From positions 1 to 64,000 of the forward strand of contig CAVPJD010000008.1 in assembly GCA_963705165.1 (NCBI GenBank): a stretch of 64,000 nt of DNA, in the 5' to 3' direction. A program made the position numbers and the translations under genes. Shown in pieces: positions 48,565-59,238 of this stretch (position 1 is the first letter of the stretch; each line of letters begins with the position of its first letter). Source of the DNA: an uncultured delta proteobacterium (GTDB lineage: Bacteria; Desulfobacterota; Syntrophia; Syntrophales; UBA2192). Under the pieces are notes generated by a model. That model was given only the letters and a program-made list of their open reading frames with translations. It was not told where the DNA came from and did not search any database.

Positions 48565-51240
48565 CTAGGCCGCCTTGTCGAGCTCGACCCGGACGGCAAT
48601 GGCAATCTTTTCCAGCGTGTATGGCTTTTTCAGATACTGCCCGGCTCCCAGCTTCTGGGCCTCTTTGACACGATCCGTCTCGGCAAAACCGCTCACGATG
48701 ATCGCCTTCTGCCCGGGACGATGTTCCGCGATTTTCCGATAGGTCTCAAGACCGTCGATGCCCGGATCCATGATCATGTCAAGGATGACGAGGCTCGCCG
48801 GCTTGTTTTTCAGGTACTCAACGGCCTCTTCCCCGCTCGCGAGTGTCTCCGTCGAGTAACCCAGCTTGCGCAGCATGGCCGAGGCGAGCTCCCTCTGCTC
48901 CGCCACGTCATCAACAACCAGGACGGTCTCCCCCCTCGACAGGAATTGCTCGATGGGGATCTTCCGGTCCTCCGGCTTGACTGCCGCGCGGTTCACGGGG
49001 AAGTAGAGGGTGAACGTCGTCCCCTTCCCTTCCACGCTCTCGATGTCGATGTATCCCTTGTGGTCCTTCACGGTTCCCCAGACAACAGCCATGCCGAGGC
49101 CGGTGCCGCTACGTCCCATGATCTTCTTCGTGTAAAAGGGCTCGAAGATCTTCTTGATGTCCTTCTGCGCAATCCCGATGCCCGTATCGGCGACCTTCAT
49201 GACGATGTACTCGCCCTCGGTGACCTGGTCGTAGCCGCGGATCGTCGTGTCCACATACTGGTTTGCGGTCTCGATCCGGATGGTGCCGCCACAGGGCATG
49301 GCCTCGGCTGCATTGGAGACGAGATTCATCACGACCTTGGAGAGGTGAACGGAGGAGCCCTGGATGGGGAGCAGATCCCCGGCCAGGTCGCTCTCGATTG
49401 TGCTTGCGGGATGGAACGAGCGGAGCTTCTGGAACTCGGGGCTCCGGAGGTAGTCCGTGATGATGCGGTTCAGTCCCACAGGCTCCATGACAGGCACGCC
49501 GCGCCGCGCGAGGGTCAGCAGGTCCTGGACGATGGCCGCGGCCTTTTCGCCCGAATTCTTGATGGTGATGATGCCTTTGCGCAGGGGGCTGTTGTCCGAC
49601 AGTTCCATCAGGAGCAGGTCGGGGTAGCCGACGATCCCGCCGAGGATGTTGTTGAGGTCGTGGGCAACACCTCCGGCCAGGGTCCCGATGGCCTCCATCT
49701 TTTCCGAGCGGGCGAGCCTCTCCTCGAGGGCCTTCTTCTCCCGCTCGCTCTGCTTCTTCTCCGTGATGTCCCGGATGGTGGTGAGAATCGCATCCTGTCC
49801 GCTCAGGGCGATCCTGCTGGCGCAGATCTCGATATCGACGATGTCCCCGTCCCTGCGAATGTCCCGGATCTGGTAAGAGCGAAGATCGTGGTGCGGCCAC
49901 GTTTCCCTGCGCTCGACGAGGATATGGCGGTCATCGGGGTGGATGAATTCCACAACATCCCTGCCCAGGATCTCGCCCTTGTCCTTGTACCCGTGCAGGA
50001 CCAGCCAGGCCGGGTTGACGTCGATCATCTTGCCGTCGCGGGAGACGCTCATCGCCTCCATGGAGTCCTCGAAGAGGGTGCGGTACTTCCTCTCCGATTC
50101 CGTGAGCGCGTTTTCCGCGACCTTGCGGTCGGTAATGTCCCGCAACATCGTCAATACGGCCACAGGGCTTCCTGTTGCATCCCGCAGGGCCACGTTTGCG
50201 GCGCAGTGGTAGAAGGCCTCCTGCCCCTGACGGGTCTTGAGTGTCGTGTCGCTGCTGTGGATCTCGCCGTCCCGGAAAGTCTGCAGCGCGTAGCAGGGAT
50301 AGGGCTCGCAGGGCCATGCCTTGTTGCACAGCACCTCGTGGCATTTCGCTCCGTCGCAGCCCAGGGCGAAAGACTCTTTTGCCTTGTCGTTGTACCAGAC
50401 GATGTTCAGGTCCCGGTCGATCATGATCATGCTGTCGCCGACGGACCGAAGCATGGCGTTGAGCTTGCCCTCGCTCGCCCGGAGTGCCTCCTCGGAGCGC
50501 TTGCGCTCCTCCATCTCGCCCGCCAGCTGGAGGTTCGCCCGGTAGAGCTGCGCGGTGCGCTCCTCCACCCTCTGCTCGAGTTGCTCGCCCGCCTTGCGCA
50601 GCTTCTCCTCGGTATCCTGCAGGGCGGACACGGCGCTCTTGAGCTCCGTATTGACGCCTTCGAGCTTCATCGTGGCCTTCTCCCGCGTCCTCTCGAAGAA
50701 GTAGGAGAAGGCGGTGACGACGAGGAAGGAGGGGATGAAGCGCAGCTTGAAATCCAGCGAATACGTCGTGAAGGGGCTCGGCGGGTTCTCCCACATGAAG
50801 AAGGCAACGGCCGGGACGAGCATCAGCAGCGTTGCGGCAAGACCCGGCCGGGAGCCGAGAATAAATGACGCAATCAGGGGGTAGGTGAAGTACCAGACGT
50901 GGGCCGTGTTGTTCACCCCTCCGGTGAAGAGCAGATAGTAGTAGAGCACCCCTACGATGATGACCGCGCCATAGAATGCCGTCTTGTGGTCTTTCGTCCT
51001 GCGGAGGTAAATGATCAGACAGGCGAGGGCAAAGGCGGCGCAGAAATCCAGCGCGGCGAGCCAGGGGTTTCTCTGGAAGTAGGCAAGCGTGCCCAGCAGG
51101 ACGAGGTTGAGGATGCCGATCAGGGCGAAGGAGTTGAAAACGATGATCTTGCGGTACAGATCTCGCCCCAGATCGTCGCTCATCCCGCCGCTGACCAGAT
51201 CGAAGGATATCCTCTTCAGCTCCTGAACGTTCACGGACAT
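48565..51240 (-). CDS. Membrane-bound hybrid sensor histidine kinase (PAS-PAS-HisKA-HATPase-REC)
   Basis: N-terminal TM helices; GGVAHDLNN, NLVSNA, DTG.G, FEPFYT.K, GTGLG; REC VVDD, LDM, KP. Confidence 0.95.
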   Translation of the reverse strand: MSVNVQELKRISFDLVSGGMSDDLGRDLYRKIIVFNSFALIGILNLVLLGTLAYFQRNPWLAALDFCAAFALACLIIYLRRTKDHKTAFYGAVIIVGVLYYYLLFTGGVNNTAHVWYFTYPLIASFILGSRPGLAATLLMLVPAVAFFMWENPPSPFTTYSLDFKLRFIPSFLVVTAFSYFFERTREKATMKLEGVNTELKSAVSALQDTEEKLRKAGEQLEQRVEERTAQLYRANLQLAGEMEERKRSEEALRASEGKLNAMLRSVGDSMIMIDRDLNIVWYNDKAKESFALGCDGAKCHEVLCNKAWPCEPYPCYALQTFRDGEIHSSDTTLKTRQGQEAFYHCAANVALRDATGSPVAVLTMLRDITDRKVAENALTESERKYRTLFEDSMEAMSVSRDGKMIDVNPAWLVLHGYKDKGEILGRDVVEFIHPDDRHILVERRETWPHHDLRSYQIRDIRRDGDIVDIEICASRIALSGQDAILTTIRDITEKKQSEREKKALEERLARSEKMEAIGTLAGGVAHDLNNILGGIVGYPDLLLMELSDNSPLRKGIITIKNSGEKAAAIVQDLLTLARRGVPVMEPVGLNRIITDYLRSPEFQKLRSFHPASTIESDLAGDLLPIQGSSVHLSKVVMNLVSNAAEAMPCGGTIRIETANQYVDTTIRGYDQVTEGEYIVMKVADTGIGIAQKDIKKIFEPFYTKKIMGRSGTGLGMAVVWGTVKDHKGYIDIESVEGKGTTFTLYFPVNRAAVKPEDRKIPIEQFLSRGETVLVVDDVAEQRELASAMLRKLGYSTETLASGEEAVEYLKNKPASLVILDMIMDPGIDGLETYRKIAEHRPGQKAIIVSGFAETDRVKEAQKLGAGQYLKKPYTLEKIAIAVRVELDKAA

Positions 51241-51304
51241 GGTCTCGTTCCGATCCCCCCGGATGGGCATCGCATGGGCGATGTCCTGAAAATGTCTTTT
51301 AACT

Positions 51305-51320
51305 AGCAGGTACCATGCCA
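51305..51320 (-). promoter_or_regulatory. Sigma-54 promoter
   Basis: TGGCAT-GGTAC-CTGCT with exact GG-N10-GC spacing upstream of the kinase. Confidence 0.6.
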
Positions 51321-51460
51321 CTTCACTGCGCCCTCAAAAAAAATGGGGTTCAGAAAATGTGTTCAATTTAAGTATGTTAGCGCCACATGCGGGATCCATG
51401 GCGGTGGGCTTTCAGGGAGACCTTCCCGGCACCCCGCCAGGTTCTTGACGCAGGATGGAA

Positions 51461-51541
51461 AGTGACTGAGTGTTTGAGTGTCTGAGTGTCTAAGTGAAGA
51501 AAGAAGGGAATCGGGATTCGGGATTCCGGATGCCCGATTCC
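51461..51541. repeat. Octamer (AGTGTYTG)n and heptamer (GGGATTC)n arrays
   Basis: agtgactgagtgtttgagtgtctgagtgtctaagtg; gggaatcgggattcgggattccggatgcccgattcc. Confidence 0.8.
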
Positions 51542-51585
51542 GGGCGCGAAGCGCCACCCATTACTGCTGGCGGTCGCGTGGAGGG

Positions 51586-52536
51586 CTAGCGGTTGGTGGA
51601 CGATTGGGCTTCGATCTGCCGAAGCAGGAGGGCCTGCGCGCGGCAGAGCCGGTGGGCTTCCGCGAGGGTCACTTGATGGAACCGCACCTGGTTGCCCGGC
51701 ACGGCCTGGGCGATCTTCGAAAGATCCGTCGAGATGACCGTGGCGATTTTCGTGTAGCCGCCCGTGGTCTGTTCGACGAGCAGGATGATGGGCTGCCCGT
51801 CGGCCGGCAGCTGGACGTTGCCCGGCACGGTGGGCTCCGAGATGATGCTCTGGGGAAAGCCCTCGTCGTGATGGACGGGAGGCCCCTGGAGGCGGCAGCC
51901 CATGCGGTCCGCCTCGGGTGTCACCTCGTAGATACTGCCGAAGAAGATCTCGAGCCCTGATCGGAAGGCTTCCTCCTGGGGACCGGCAACGGCCATCAAG
52001 GCGATCTCCGGTGAATACGCAGGGATGAAGTTCGCGGGAAGCGTCCGGGGCCTGGCGAGGAGTTCCCCGGGGAAGCGGGCAAGCACGTCGTCTTTCCTCA
52101 GAGGCCTGCCCTCGACACCCCCGATTTTCGCTTTCACGCAGGTGGCCCGGCTGCCCATGACGACGGGCACGTCGATGCCGCCCGTGACCGCGAGGTAAGA
52201 ACGACAGCCGCTTCTCGCCTGGCGGACGCGGATGACGTCGCCTTTCTTCACACGCACCGTTTGCCACATCGGGACGGGTTGCCGGTTCACCGTGACGGCC
52301 ATGTCGGCCCCCGCGAGGGCCACATCGGCTTCACCGAGAACTTCCAGTGCGGGACCCATCATGGTGATTTCAAGAACGGCCGTGCCGGCGGGATTGCCCA
52401 CCAGGAGGTTGGCGATGCCGTATGCGAAGAGATCCAGGGCTCCTGACGGGGGAACGCCGCGGTCGATGAAGCTGTAGCGACCCCGGTCCTGGACCGTCGT
52501 GAAGGAACCCGGCGAGATCACGCGGAAGGCGTCCAT
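51586..52536 (-). CDS. pxpC: 5-oxoprolinase subunit C (AHS2)
   Basis: TTVQDRGR, GALD, ANLLVGN, GSRAT, DRMG.RL.G, QTTGGY.KI. Confidence 0.9.
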   Translation of the reverse strand: MDAFRVISPGSFTTVQDRGRYSFIDRGVPPSGALDLFAYGIANLLVGNPAGTAVLEITMMGPALEVLGEADVALAGADMAVTVNRQPVPMWQTVRVKKGDVIRVRQARSGCRSYLAVTGGIDVPVVMGSRATCVKAKIGGVEGRPLRKDDVLARFPGELLARPRTLPANFIPAYSPEIALMAVAGPQEEAFRSGLEIFFGSIYEVTPEADRMGCRLQGPPVHHDEGFPQSIISEPTVPGNVQLPADGQPIILLVEQTTGGYTKIATVISTDLSKIAQAVPGNQVRFHQVTLAEAHRLCRAQALLLRQIEAQSSTNR

Positions 52537-53240
52537 CAGGTGCCCTCCTTTGCGCGGATGCGTTCGTACTCCTCGCCCGTGACGGGCATAAAGCGGATGC
52601 GATCGCCTGCCTCGTAGAGAAAGGGGTTTTCCCGCTCGGGCGCGAAAAGTCGGAGCGGCGTGCGGCCAATGATCTGCCAGCCGCCGGGGCTGTCGACGGG
52701 GTACATGCCCGTCTGGGCCTCGGCGATGCCTACGGAGCCGCCGGGGAGGAGGGTTCGCGGCGTCTTCCGCCGTGGTGCGTGGATCCTCCTGTCGAGCCCG
52801 CCCAGGTAGCAGAAGCCGGGGGTGAAGCCGATCATGTAGATGGGGTAGTCCGTCGCCGCGTGGATGGCGATGACCTCTTCCACGGTCAGGACGTTGTGCT
52901 GCGCCACGACCTCGATGTCGGGACCGAACTCGCCGCCGTACAGGACTGGGATCTCGACAATCCGGGGCGCCGGGATCTCGATCTCGTGAAGCCGTGCTTC
53001 CAACCGCTGCAAGATGAAGAAAAGCTTCTCCGGCGACGTGACCAGGGGGTCGTAGATAAGCGACAGGTTGCGGTAGGCGGGGATGACGGCCTCGACGCCT
53101 TCGGGAAGCCCCTGCTTCAGGAGTGCCGCCACGGCACGGACCTTTTCGTTGACGGCGGGGTCGATCGCGTCGCCGTACTCGACCAGCACGGCCCGATCGC
53201 CGCTGATGCGGATGCGGGGTTTGTCGTAGAGGTGAGACAT
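52536..53240 (-). CDS. pxpB: 5-oxoprolinase subunit B (AHS1)
   Basis: GDRAVLV, IPVLYGG..GPD, GFTPGFCY, GSVGIA..QTG.YP..SPGGWQIIGRT. Confidence 0.92.
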   Translation of the reverse strand: MSHLYDKPRIRISGDRAVLVEYGDAIDPAVNEKVRAVAALLKQGLPEGVEAVIPAYRNLSLIYDPLVTSPEKLFFILQRLEARLHEIEIPAPRIVEIPVLYGGEFGPDIEVVAQHNVLTVEEVIAIHAATDYPIYMIGFTPGFCYLGGLDRRIHAPRRKTPRTLLPGGSVGIAEAQTGMYPVDSPGGWQIIGRTPLRLFAPERENPFLYEAGDRIRFMPVTGEEYERIRAKEGT

Positions 53241-53283
53241 GCGGCTTTCCGAGCCCATCCGTTTTTCTACCATGGTCATATCG

Positions 53284-53351
53284 AGGTATCAGGTATCAGG
53301 TACCAGGTCAGAAGGGCAGACAGCAGGAAATCCTGTCACCTGTCACCTGTT
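53284..53351. repeat. Inverted heptamer arrays (AGGTAYC)n / (CCTGTCA)n inside the pxp operon
   Basis: aggtatcaggtatcaggtaccaggtcag ... cctgtcacctgtcacctgtt. Confidence 0.75.
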
Positions 53352-53357
53352 TAACGG

Positions 53358-54137
53358 TCACTTCACGAACTTACCCATGGGAACAACGGCAATCCCCTCC
53401 CCTTCAATGGCAGAGCGGATATTCTTGACCAATTCCACCGCCGAGGGGTTGTCTCCGTGGACGCAGATCGTGTCGATCTGCATCTCGAGAACACCGCCGT
53501 CGGTCGTGATGATCTTTCCTTCCTTCGCCATGCGAAGGGCACGCTCGGCGGCCACCTTGGGGTCCTTGATGACGGCGCCCGGCTGGCTTCGCGTTGCGAG
53601 TTTCCCTTCGGGCGTGTAGGCCCGGTCGGGGAAGGCCTCGAAGGCGACCCGGATGCCCGCCTCCTTCGCGATCTTCGTCACGAGCGGCGCCTGGGCCCCG
53701 CCGAGGGCCAGGTAGATGACATTGTTATCGACGCCAGCAATGGCCTCGACAATGGCGCGGATCAGCGGCTCGTTGCCCACGCTTATGTTGTAGAGGCTCC
53801 CGTGGGGCTTCACGTGCTGGAGAGGCACGCCATGAATGGCGCAGAAGGCCTTCATGGCGCCGATCTGGTAGGCCACGTAGTCGCGAACCTCCTCGGGCGT
53901 GCAATCCATGTTTCGCCGCCCGAAACCGACGAGATCGGGGTAACCCGGGTGGGCGCCCACGCCCACGCCATGCTCTTTCGCGAGCTTTACCGTTTTGTAC
54001 ATGACATGGGCATCCCCTGCGTGGTAGCCGCATGCGATGTTGGCCGAGGTGACATACGGGATCACATTGACGTCCATCCCCATGGTCCAGGCGCCGACGC
54101 TTTCGCCCATGTCGCAGTTGAGGTCGATTTTTTTCAT
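53358..54137 (-). CDS. pxpA: 5-oxoprolinase subunit A (LamB/YcsF)
   Basis: IDLNCDMGES, SANIACG.HAGD, GAHPGYPD, HVKPHG.LYN, TICVHGD. Confidence 0.95.
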   Translation of the reverse strand: MKKIDLNCDMGESVGAWTMGMDVNVIPYVTSANIACGYHAGDAHVMYKTVKLAKEHGVGVGAHPGYPDLVGFGRRNMDCTPEEVRDYVAYQIGAMKAFCAIHGVPLQHVKPHGSLYNISVGNEPLIRAIVEAIAGVDNNVIYLALGGAQAPLVTKIAKEAGIRVAFEAFPDRAYTPEGKLATRSQPGAVIKDPKVAAERALRMAKEGKIITTDGGVLEMQIDTICVHGDNPSAVELVKNIRSAIEGEGIAVVPMGKFVK

Positions 54138-54154
54138 TTCCGTGCCCCCTTTTC

Positions 54155-55459
54155 TCACTTCATCTTGCTGGGCAGGTACAGGGCGATGTCGGGGAAGACC
54201 GTGAGCAGCACCGTCGCCAGCAGCATGATCAGGAAGAAAGGAAAGGCCGCCTTGGCGATGGTGAACAGGTCGTCGTTACTGAGCCCGCTGATGACGAAAA
54301 GGTTGAACCCCACGGGAGGTGTCACCTGAGCCAGTTCGATCATGACGACGAGATAGATCCCGAACCATATGAGGTCGAACCCGGCCGCCTCCACGAGCGG
54401 CAGGACCAGGGGCGCCGTCATGACGATCATCGAAAAGCCGTCGATGAGGCACCCGAGGAACAGGTAGAGAATCGTCAGGATGGCGATGAGCATGTAGGGC
54501 GAAAGCTGCATCGAGACGACGTATTGCGTGAGAGCCCTCGTGATCCCCAGAAACCCCATCACATTCGAGAGGTAGGAAGCGCCCATGACGATGAGCATGA
54601 TCATGCAGCTCGTCTTCACGGAGTTGATGAGGCTCACCTTGAAGACTTCCACGGTGAGGCTCCGGGTGACGGCCGCGAAGAAGAAGGCCCCCACGACCCC
54701 CACGGCGCCGGCCTCCGTCGGGGTGGCCCAGCCCATGTAGATGCTCCCGAGCACCATGAGCACCAGGAAGACCACGGGTGCGATGGCCGGGATGGCCTGG
54801 ATGCGGTCCAACCAGGTGAAGTGGTCATCCGCCTTGGGGGCAAGCGACGGGGTGATCATGCAACGAATCAGGATGTAGCCGCTGAACATCCCCGCGATCA
54901 TGAATCCCGGGATGAAGCCCGCGATGAAGAGCTTGCCGATGCTTACATCGCCGATGATGCCGTAGACGAGCATCATCATGCTGGGCGGGATCATGAAGCC
55001 CAGCGTCCCCGCGCCGGCGAGCGAGCCAATGGAGAGGGCGTGGTCGTAGTTGCGGCGCTCCAGCTCGGGGATGGTGATCTTCCCCACGGTGGCCGTCGTG
55101 GCCGCAGAGGAGCCGCTTACGGCGGCAAAGAAGGTGCAGGCCATGATGTTGACGTGGATGAGCCGCCCCGGGATCGCATCCATCCAGGGCGCAAGCCCCC
55201 GGAAGAGATCCGATGATATGCGGCTGCGGAAGAGGATTTCGCCCATCCATATGAAAAAGGGCAGGGCCATCATGGCCGAGCCGCTCGTGTTGTTCCAGGC
55301 CACGTTGGCGATGATCGAGCCGAAGGCGACGTCACTGTAGAAAAAGAACCCGCCGATCCCCACGAGGAACAGGGAGATGCCGATCCAGACGGAGCCGCCC
55401 AAAAAAAGGATGAGCATGCCGCAGATCGTGGCCGCTACGGGTCCCATATCAAGTTGCAT
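54155..55459 (-). CDS. dctM: TRAP transporter large permease
   Basis: ALPFFI.MG, FAAVSGSS.AT, GTLG.MIPPS, ATPTEA, TPPVG.NLFV. Confidence 0.93.
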   Translation of the reverse strand: MQLDMGPVAATICGMLILFLGGSVWIGISLFLVGIGGFFFYSDVAFGSIIANVAWNNTSGSAMMALPFFIWMGEILFRSRISSDLFRGLAPWMDAIPGRLIHVNIMACTFFAAVSGSSAATTATVGKITIPELERRNYDHALSIGSLAGAGTLGFMIPPSMMMLVYGIIGDVSIGKLFIAGFIPGFMIAGMFSGYILIRCMITPSLAPKADDHFTWLDRIQAIPAIAPVVFLVLMVLGSIYMGWATPTEAGAVGVVGAFFFAAVTRSLTVEVFKVSLINSVKTSCMIMLIVMGASYLSNVMGFLGITRALTQYVVSMQLSPYMLIAILTILYLFLGCLIDGFSMIVMTAPLVLPLVEAAGFDLIWFGIYLVVMIELAQVTPPVGFNLFVISGLSNDDLFTIAKAAFPFFLIMLLATVLLTVFPDIALYLPSKMK

Positions 55460-55581
55460 GATTGTCTGATCTCCATGAGCTGCAGGAACCGAGCATGCTT
55501 CGGTGGCCTGAAAACGTCTCGCGAATTCCTTTTTTTCCCCCGCTTCCGATCTTCCGCGCTTCCGATCTTCCTGTCGTCACA

Positions 55582-56118
55582 TCACCGCCCCAGATCATCC
55601 GCTTCCTCGAGGATGCGAAGTCCCTCCGTATCCCGCCGCAGCATGGCAAAGCCCTTCAGGAACTCGGCCGCAAACTGCAGGGTCAGGAGCAAGGACCCGA
55701 CCGGGAGGAAGGCCTGCGGGATCGCCAGGTAGGTCTCCGAGATTTGCATGGACTGGGACTCGCTGACAACGGAGTCCCAGAAAAACTCCCAGGTAAAAGA
55801 TGTCAGGCCCACACAGAAAAGGAAGCCAATGATGAAGCAGACCATGTTGAAGATGACATGGGCCCTGCCCTTGATAATGTGAGGCAGGAACATCATCCGG
55901 ATGTGTCCGCGCTCGCGAAGCGTGTAGGCGAGGCCCGCAAACGTGAGCATGGCCATGAGGTAGCCCGTGTACTCGTCGGCGACATACAGGGTGCTGTTCA
56001 GAAAGCTCCGGAAGATGATCTCGCTGACGGAGATGACGAGGGCTATAGCCATCAGGATCCCCGCTACCCAGCCGCCGATGCCGGAAAGGTTGTCGATCAG
56101 GTTGATCAGCTTTTTCAT
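55582..56118 (-). CDS. dctQ: TRAP transporter small permease
   Basis: Four TM helices, DEYTGY, L.ERGHIR. Confidence 0.9.
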   Translation of the reverse strand: MKKLINLIDNLSGIGGWVAGILMAIALVISVSEIIFRSFLNSTLYVADEYTGYLMAMLTFAGLAYTLRERGHIRMMFLPHIIKGRAHVIFNMVCFIIGFLFCVGLTSFTWEFFWDSVVSESQSMQISETYLAIPQAFLPVGSLLLTLQFAAEFLKGFAMLRRDTEGLRILEEADDLGR

Positions 56119-56221
56119 GTCGCGCCCCATTGAGCCGATTGGAACACCAGGTATAAATAGCGAGGGACCACGGAATTCTCTGCACCGTGGTCCCCGCTGT
56201 TTTTCCGTCAGGCTTCGCTTC

Positions 56222-57217
56222 TCAGCGGCCGACCTTCTTCAGGAAGTCCGCGTAGATCTTCTTGCCCTCGGGCGGCGCCATCTTGAGCCACTCGGCGCGG
56301 ATGTTCTGCGTGATCTTCTCGAGGTCCGCGAACATCTGCTTGGACGGGGGAACGGTCTCGATGCCGTTCTTGTTGCTGATGGCTTCCATGTCCTTGTCCC
56401 ACTTGGGGCCGCGCTCCCACATGATGGCCTCCATCTCCTTGCCGGCCTTCACGAGGGCGTCCTGCTGGGCCTTGGGAAGCTTCTGGAAGGCGGCCAGGTT
56501 GACGGTCACCATGTTCGTGGCGATCGTGATGTTCAGGGGCTCGAAGTACTTGAGCACTTCCCAGAACTTGGCGTCCACGGCGGTGGGCGTCGAGGTCATG
56601 ACGGAGTCGATGACACCTGTCTGCAGGGACGTGTAGACCTCGCTGAAGGGAAGCGCCAGCGGGGTTGCCCCGACGGCTTCCATCACGAGGGCGCCGTTCT
56701 TGTCATAGGTGCGGGTCTTGAGGCCCTTCAGGTCGGCAACGGTCGTGATCTTCTTCTTCGTCCAGAGACCGGCTCCCGGCCAGGGGGCGATGTAGAGGAT
56801 CTTCTGCTTCCACTTCCCCTCGGCCGTCTTGTCGAAGGCGGGCCGGGACAGGTCGATGAGCATCTTCAGTTCCTTGAAATCCCGGACGAGAAATGGCAGC
56901 GTCACGATCTGGAAGACCTTCTCGTCGCCGGCCACGCCGCTGATGAGCATGTCGGAGACGGGCACGAGGCCGTCCCGGACGACCTTCAGCAGCTCGGGCC
57001 CCTTGTAGCCCAGGGCGCCGCCGCTGCTCACCACCAGCTCGAGTTCGCCGTTGGTGGCCGTCTTCACCTTTTCGGCGAATTCCGTCAGCCCGACACTGTG
57101 GTTGTTCTTCGGGGGCCATACCGAGTTTGCATTCCACGTGGTCTTCGCGAGGCAGGGCGTTGCCAGAAACGCCGCCGCGACAACCAGGACAATCGTGAGC
57201 GTCCAAATTTTCTTCAT
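56222..57217 (-). CDS. dctP: TRAP transporter substrate-binding protein
   Basis: Signal peptide; LPFL, DLKGLK.R, GATP..LPFSEVYTSLQTGVID. Confidence 0.92.
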   Translation of the reverse strand: MKKIWTLTIVLVVAAAFLATPCLAKTTWNANSVWPPKNNHSVGLTEFAEKVKTATNGELELVVSSGGALGYKGPELLKVVRDGLVPVSDMLISGVAGDEKVFQIVTLPFLVRDFKELKMLIDLSRPAFDKTAEGKWKQKILYIAPWPGAGLWTKKKITTVADLKGLKTRTYDKNGALVMEAVGATPLALPFSEVYTSLQTGVIDSVMTSTPTAVDAKFWEVLKYFEPLNITIATNMVTVNLAAFQKLPKAQQDALVKAGKEMEAIMWERGPKWDKDMEAISNKNGIETVPPSKQMFADLEKITQNIRAEWLKMAPPEGKKIYADFLKKVGR

Positions 57218-57515
57218 AGGTCGCCTCTCCTTTTTTGAAATTACGGTTCGATGTGCGCTTGAAACAAGATGGGTAAACGTCAAAGTGGCGCTGATTATAG
57301 AAGGTTGCCCCGGCCAAATCAAGCGCAAACTGAAAAGAAATAGCCTTTTACATTCAGCGAGTTGAGTTTATATTGGGCAGGCCGGAACCGGGGACATCGT
57401 TACGTCTTGGTAACGGGTCGAAGGGTGATCCCGGCCCGATAAGATCATTTATGGACAGAACGCCTCGACCGACAGAATAAAAGGTATCCCGAAGCGCCGT
57501 CTGCAGAAAATAAAA

Positions 57516-59101
57516 CTACAGCAAATCCTCGACACTGATTCCAAGTTCTTTTTGCAGTTGATAGAGGAAATCCTTTGGATTGACAAACGCCTTGGTGTCC
57601 TCCAGGGTTATTTGCTTGCTGAAATCGAGGTCGTTCTTGTAAAACGAGTCTGCCAACTGCCGGGACAACTCATCATTCTCAAACACAATCGCCGATTCGC
57701 TGTTGAGTCTCCTGCTGCGCGGATCCATGTTGTAAGACCCGACAATCGAGACGCGGCGATCGAAAACGGCATATTTGGCATGGATGGTCCCTTCGGTTTG
57801 ATCGTTCGCGTGGGTCCGGCGACCCTGCCATTCCCAGATTTGCACGCCACCCCCATCACAGGACTTGACAACGGGTTCATCATTTACGACCAGCATATCG
57901 TCGTAGTAGTCCCGTCCCACGATGGTCAGCATGGGCAGATCGTTGGTTCCGGGGCTGTTGGTCAATATGATGACCTTTACGCACCTGCGTGCGGCACCCT
58001 TCACAGTCTCGATCAACGTTGCCGACGCAACGAAGTAGGCGTTGGCGATGAGGATTTCATTTTGGGCTCCCTTGATCGACTTCAGATAGGCCTGTTCGAT
58101 GTAGGTCTCGCCGAACCGGGGGCGGTTCTGGAAAAAGCGGCTCTTCGCATGTTGATCTTTCAAGTCCAGTTTTTTGTCGGCCATTTCGCGGACCACTTTG
58201 TCCAACCGCTCATCGGTGATGTGACTCATGTTGAGCTTTCCCGTCATCTTCATCATGGTGCGCGTGGCGCTCCAGTACTTGTCGGTGTTGAAAATGCCTC
58301 GGCTTTCCTTGACTTTGTGAAAATACTCATAATTGCGTTCAAAGGTTGTCACCATGTCCTTGACGACATCGCCCTTTACGATCACATCCTGGTCCCGCCA
58401 GTAACGGCCGGGCTCCTGAGGATCGACGCGAAAATATTCATTGGCAATGTTCAATCCCCCCGCGACAGCCACTCCGTGATCGGTTTCCCCGTCGATGATC
58501 CACATCTTTTCATGGTACCGCTTGTTCGGATCGGTTGTTTTGTCCGGAGCGTCATGGCTTATCACGGGCAGCTCGTTCACCCATTGGAGATAAAAGGTTT
58601 CATAGCCTTCCACTTCGATGCCGTGCTGCTTCAAATCAAAATACATCATCTGTGTCTGGGGTCCCGGGTTGGACATGGCATCGACAATGACCCGGACATC
58701 CAGTCCCTGGGCCTTCTTTTCCTTCAAGAGTTCAGCAATATATAACCCGGATTCATCGCCCGTGAAGATCAGGGCCTGGATGCGAACGGAGGTATCGGCA
58801 TTCCTGAGGGTCTGGATGCGCGCGGCAAAGGAATCATCACCATTGGGCAATACGGCAATACGGCATGTTTCCGGGGGATGAACCTTGAACAGCCCGCTGA
58901 TGCCAACTTCCTCGTTAGAGCTGCCGACAAATTCCCCGGGGTCGTCGAACGGCGTGCCCCGAATCGCTGAGGCTTGCACAGTGCTTGGAGGCGCCGTTTT
59001 CCCTTCAGTGCCTTTGTCTCCAATCGACCGGGTGGACGCACAGGAGAGTGAACCATGAAGAGGATGATTGCCAGGACGAATCTCAGCGAGTCGCTTTTCA
59101 T
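57516..59101 (-). CDS. Phospholipase D family lipoprotein; -1 frameshift near 59054 detaches the signal peptide
   Basis: Two HxKxxxxD motifs (YHEKMWIID, IHAKYAVFD), GGLN, GSYNMDPRS; restored start MKSDSLRFVLAIILFMGSLSC. Confidence 0.88.
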
Positions 59102-59238
59102 GTCGCACCCTTAGTTACTCGGAAATCGATCACGGACTGCATTTCCGAGAGCGCGGCGCCTCTGCCGTGTTGACAACGGGCAACGCCCCTGTTAAGAAAG
59201 TCCGAGGGAACGCTGAAAACAATTCGTGGGACTGTTCC

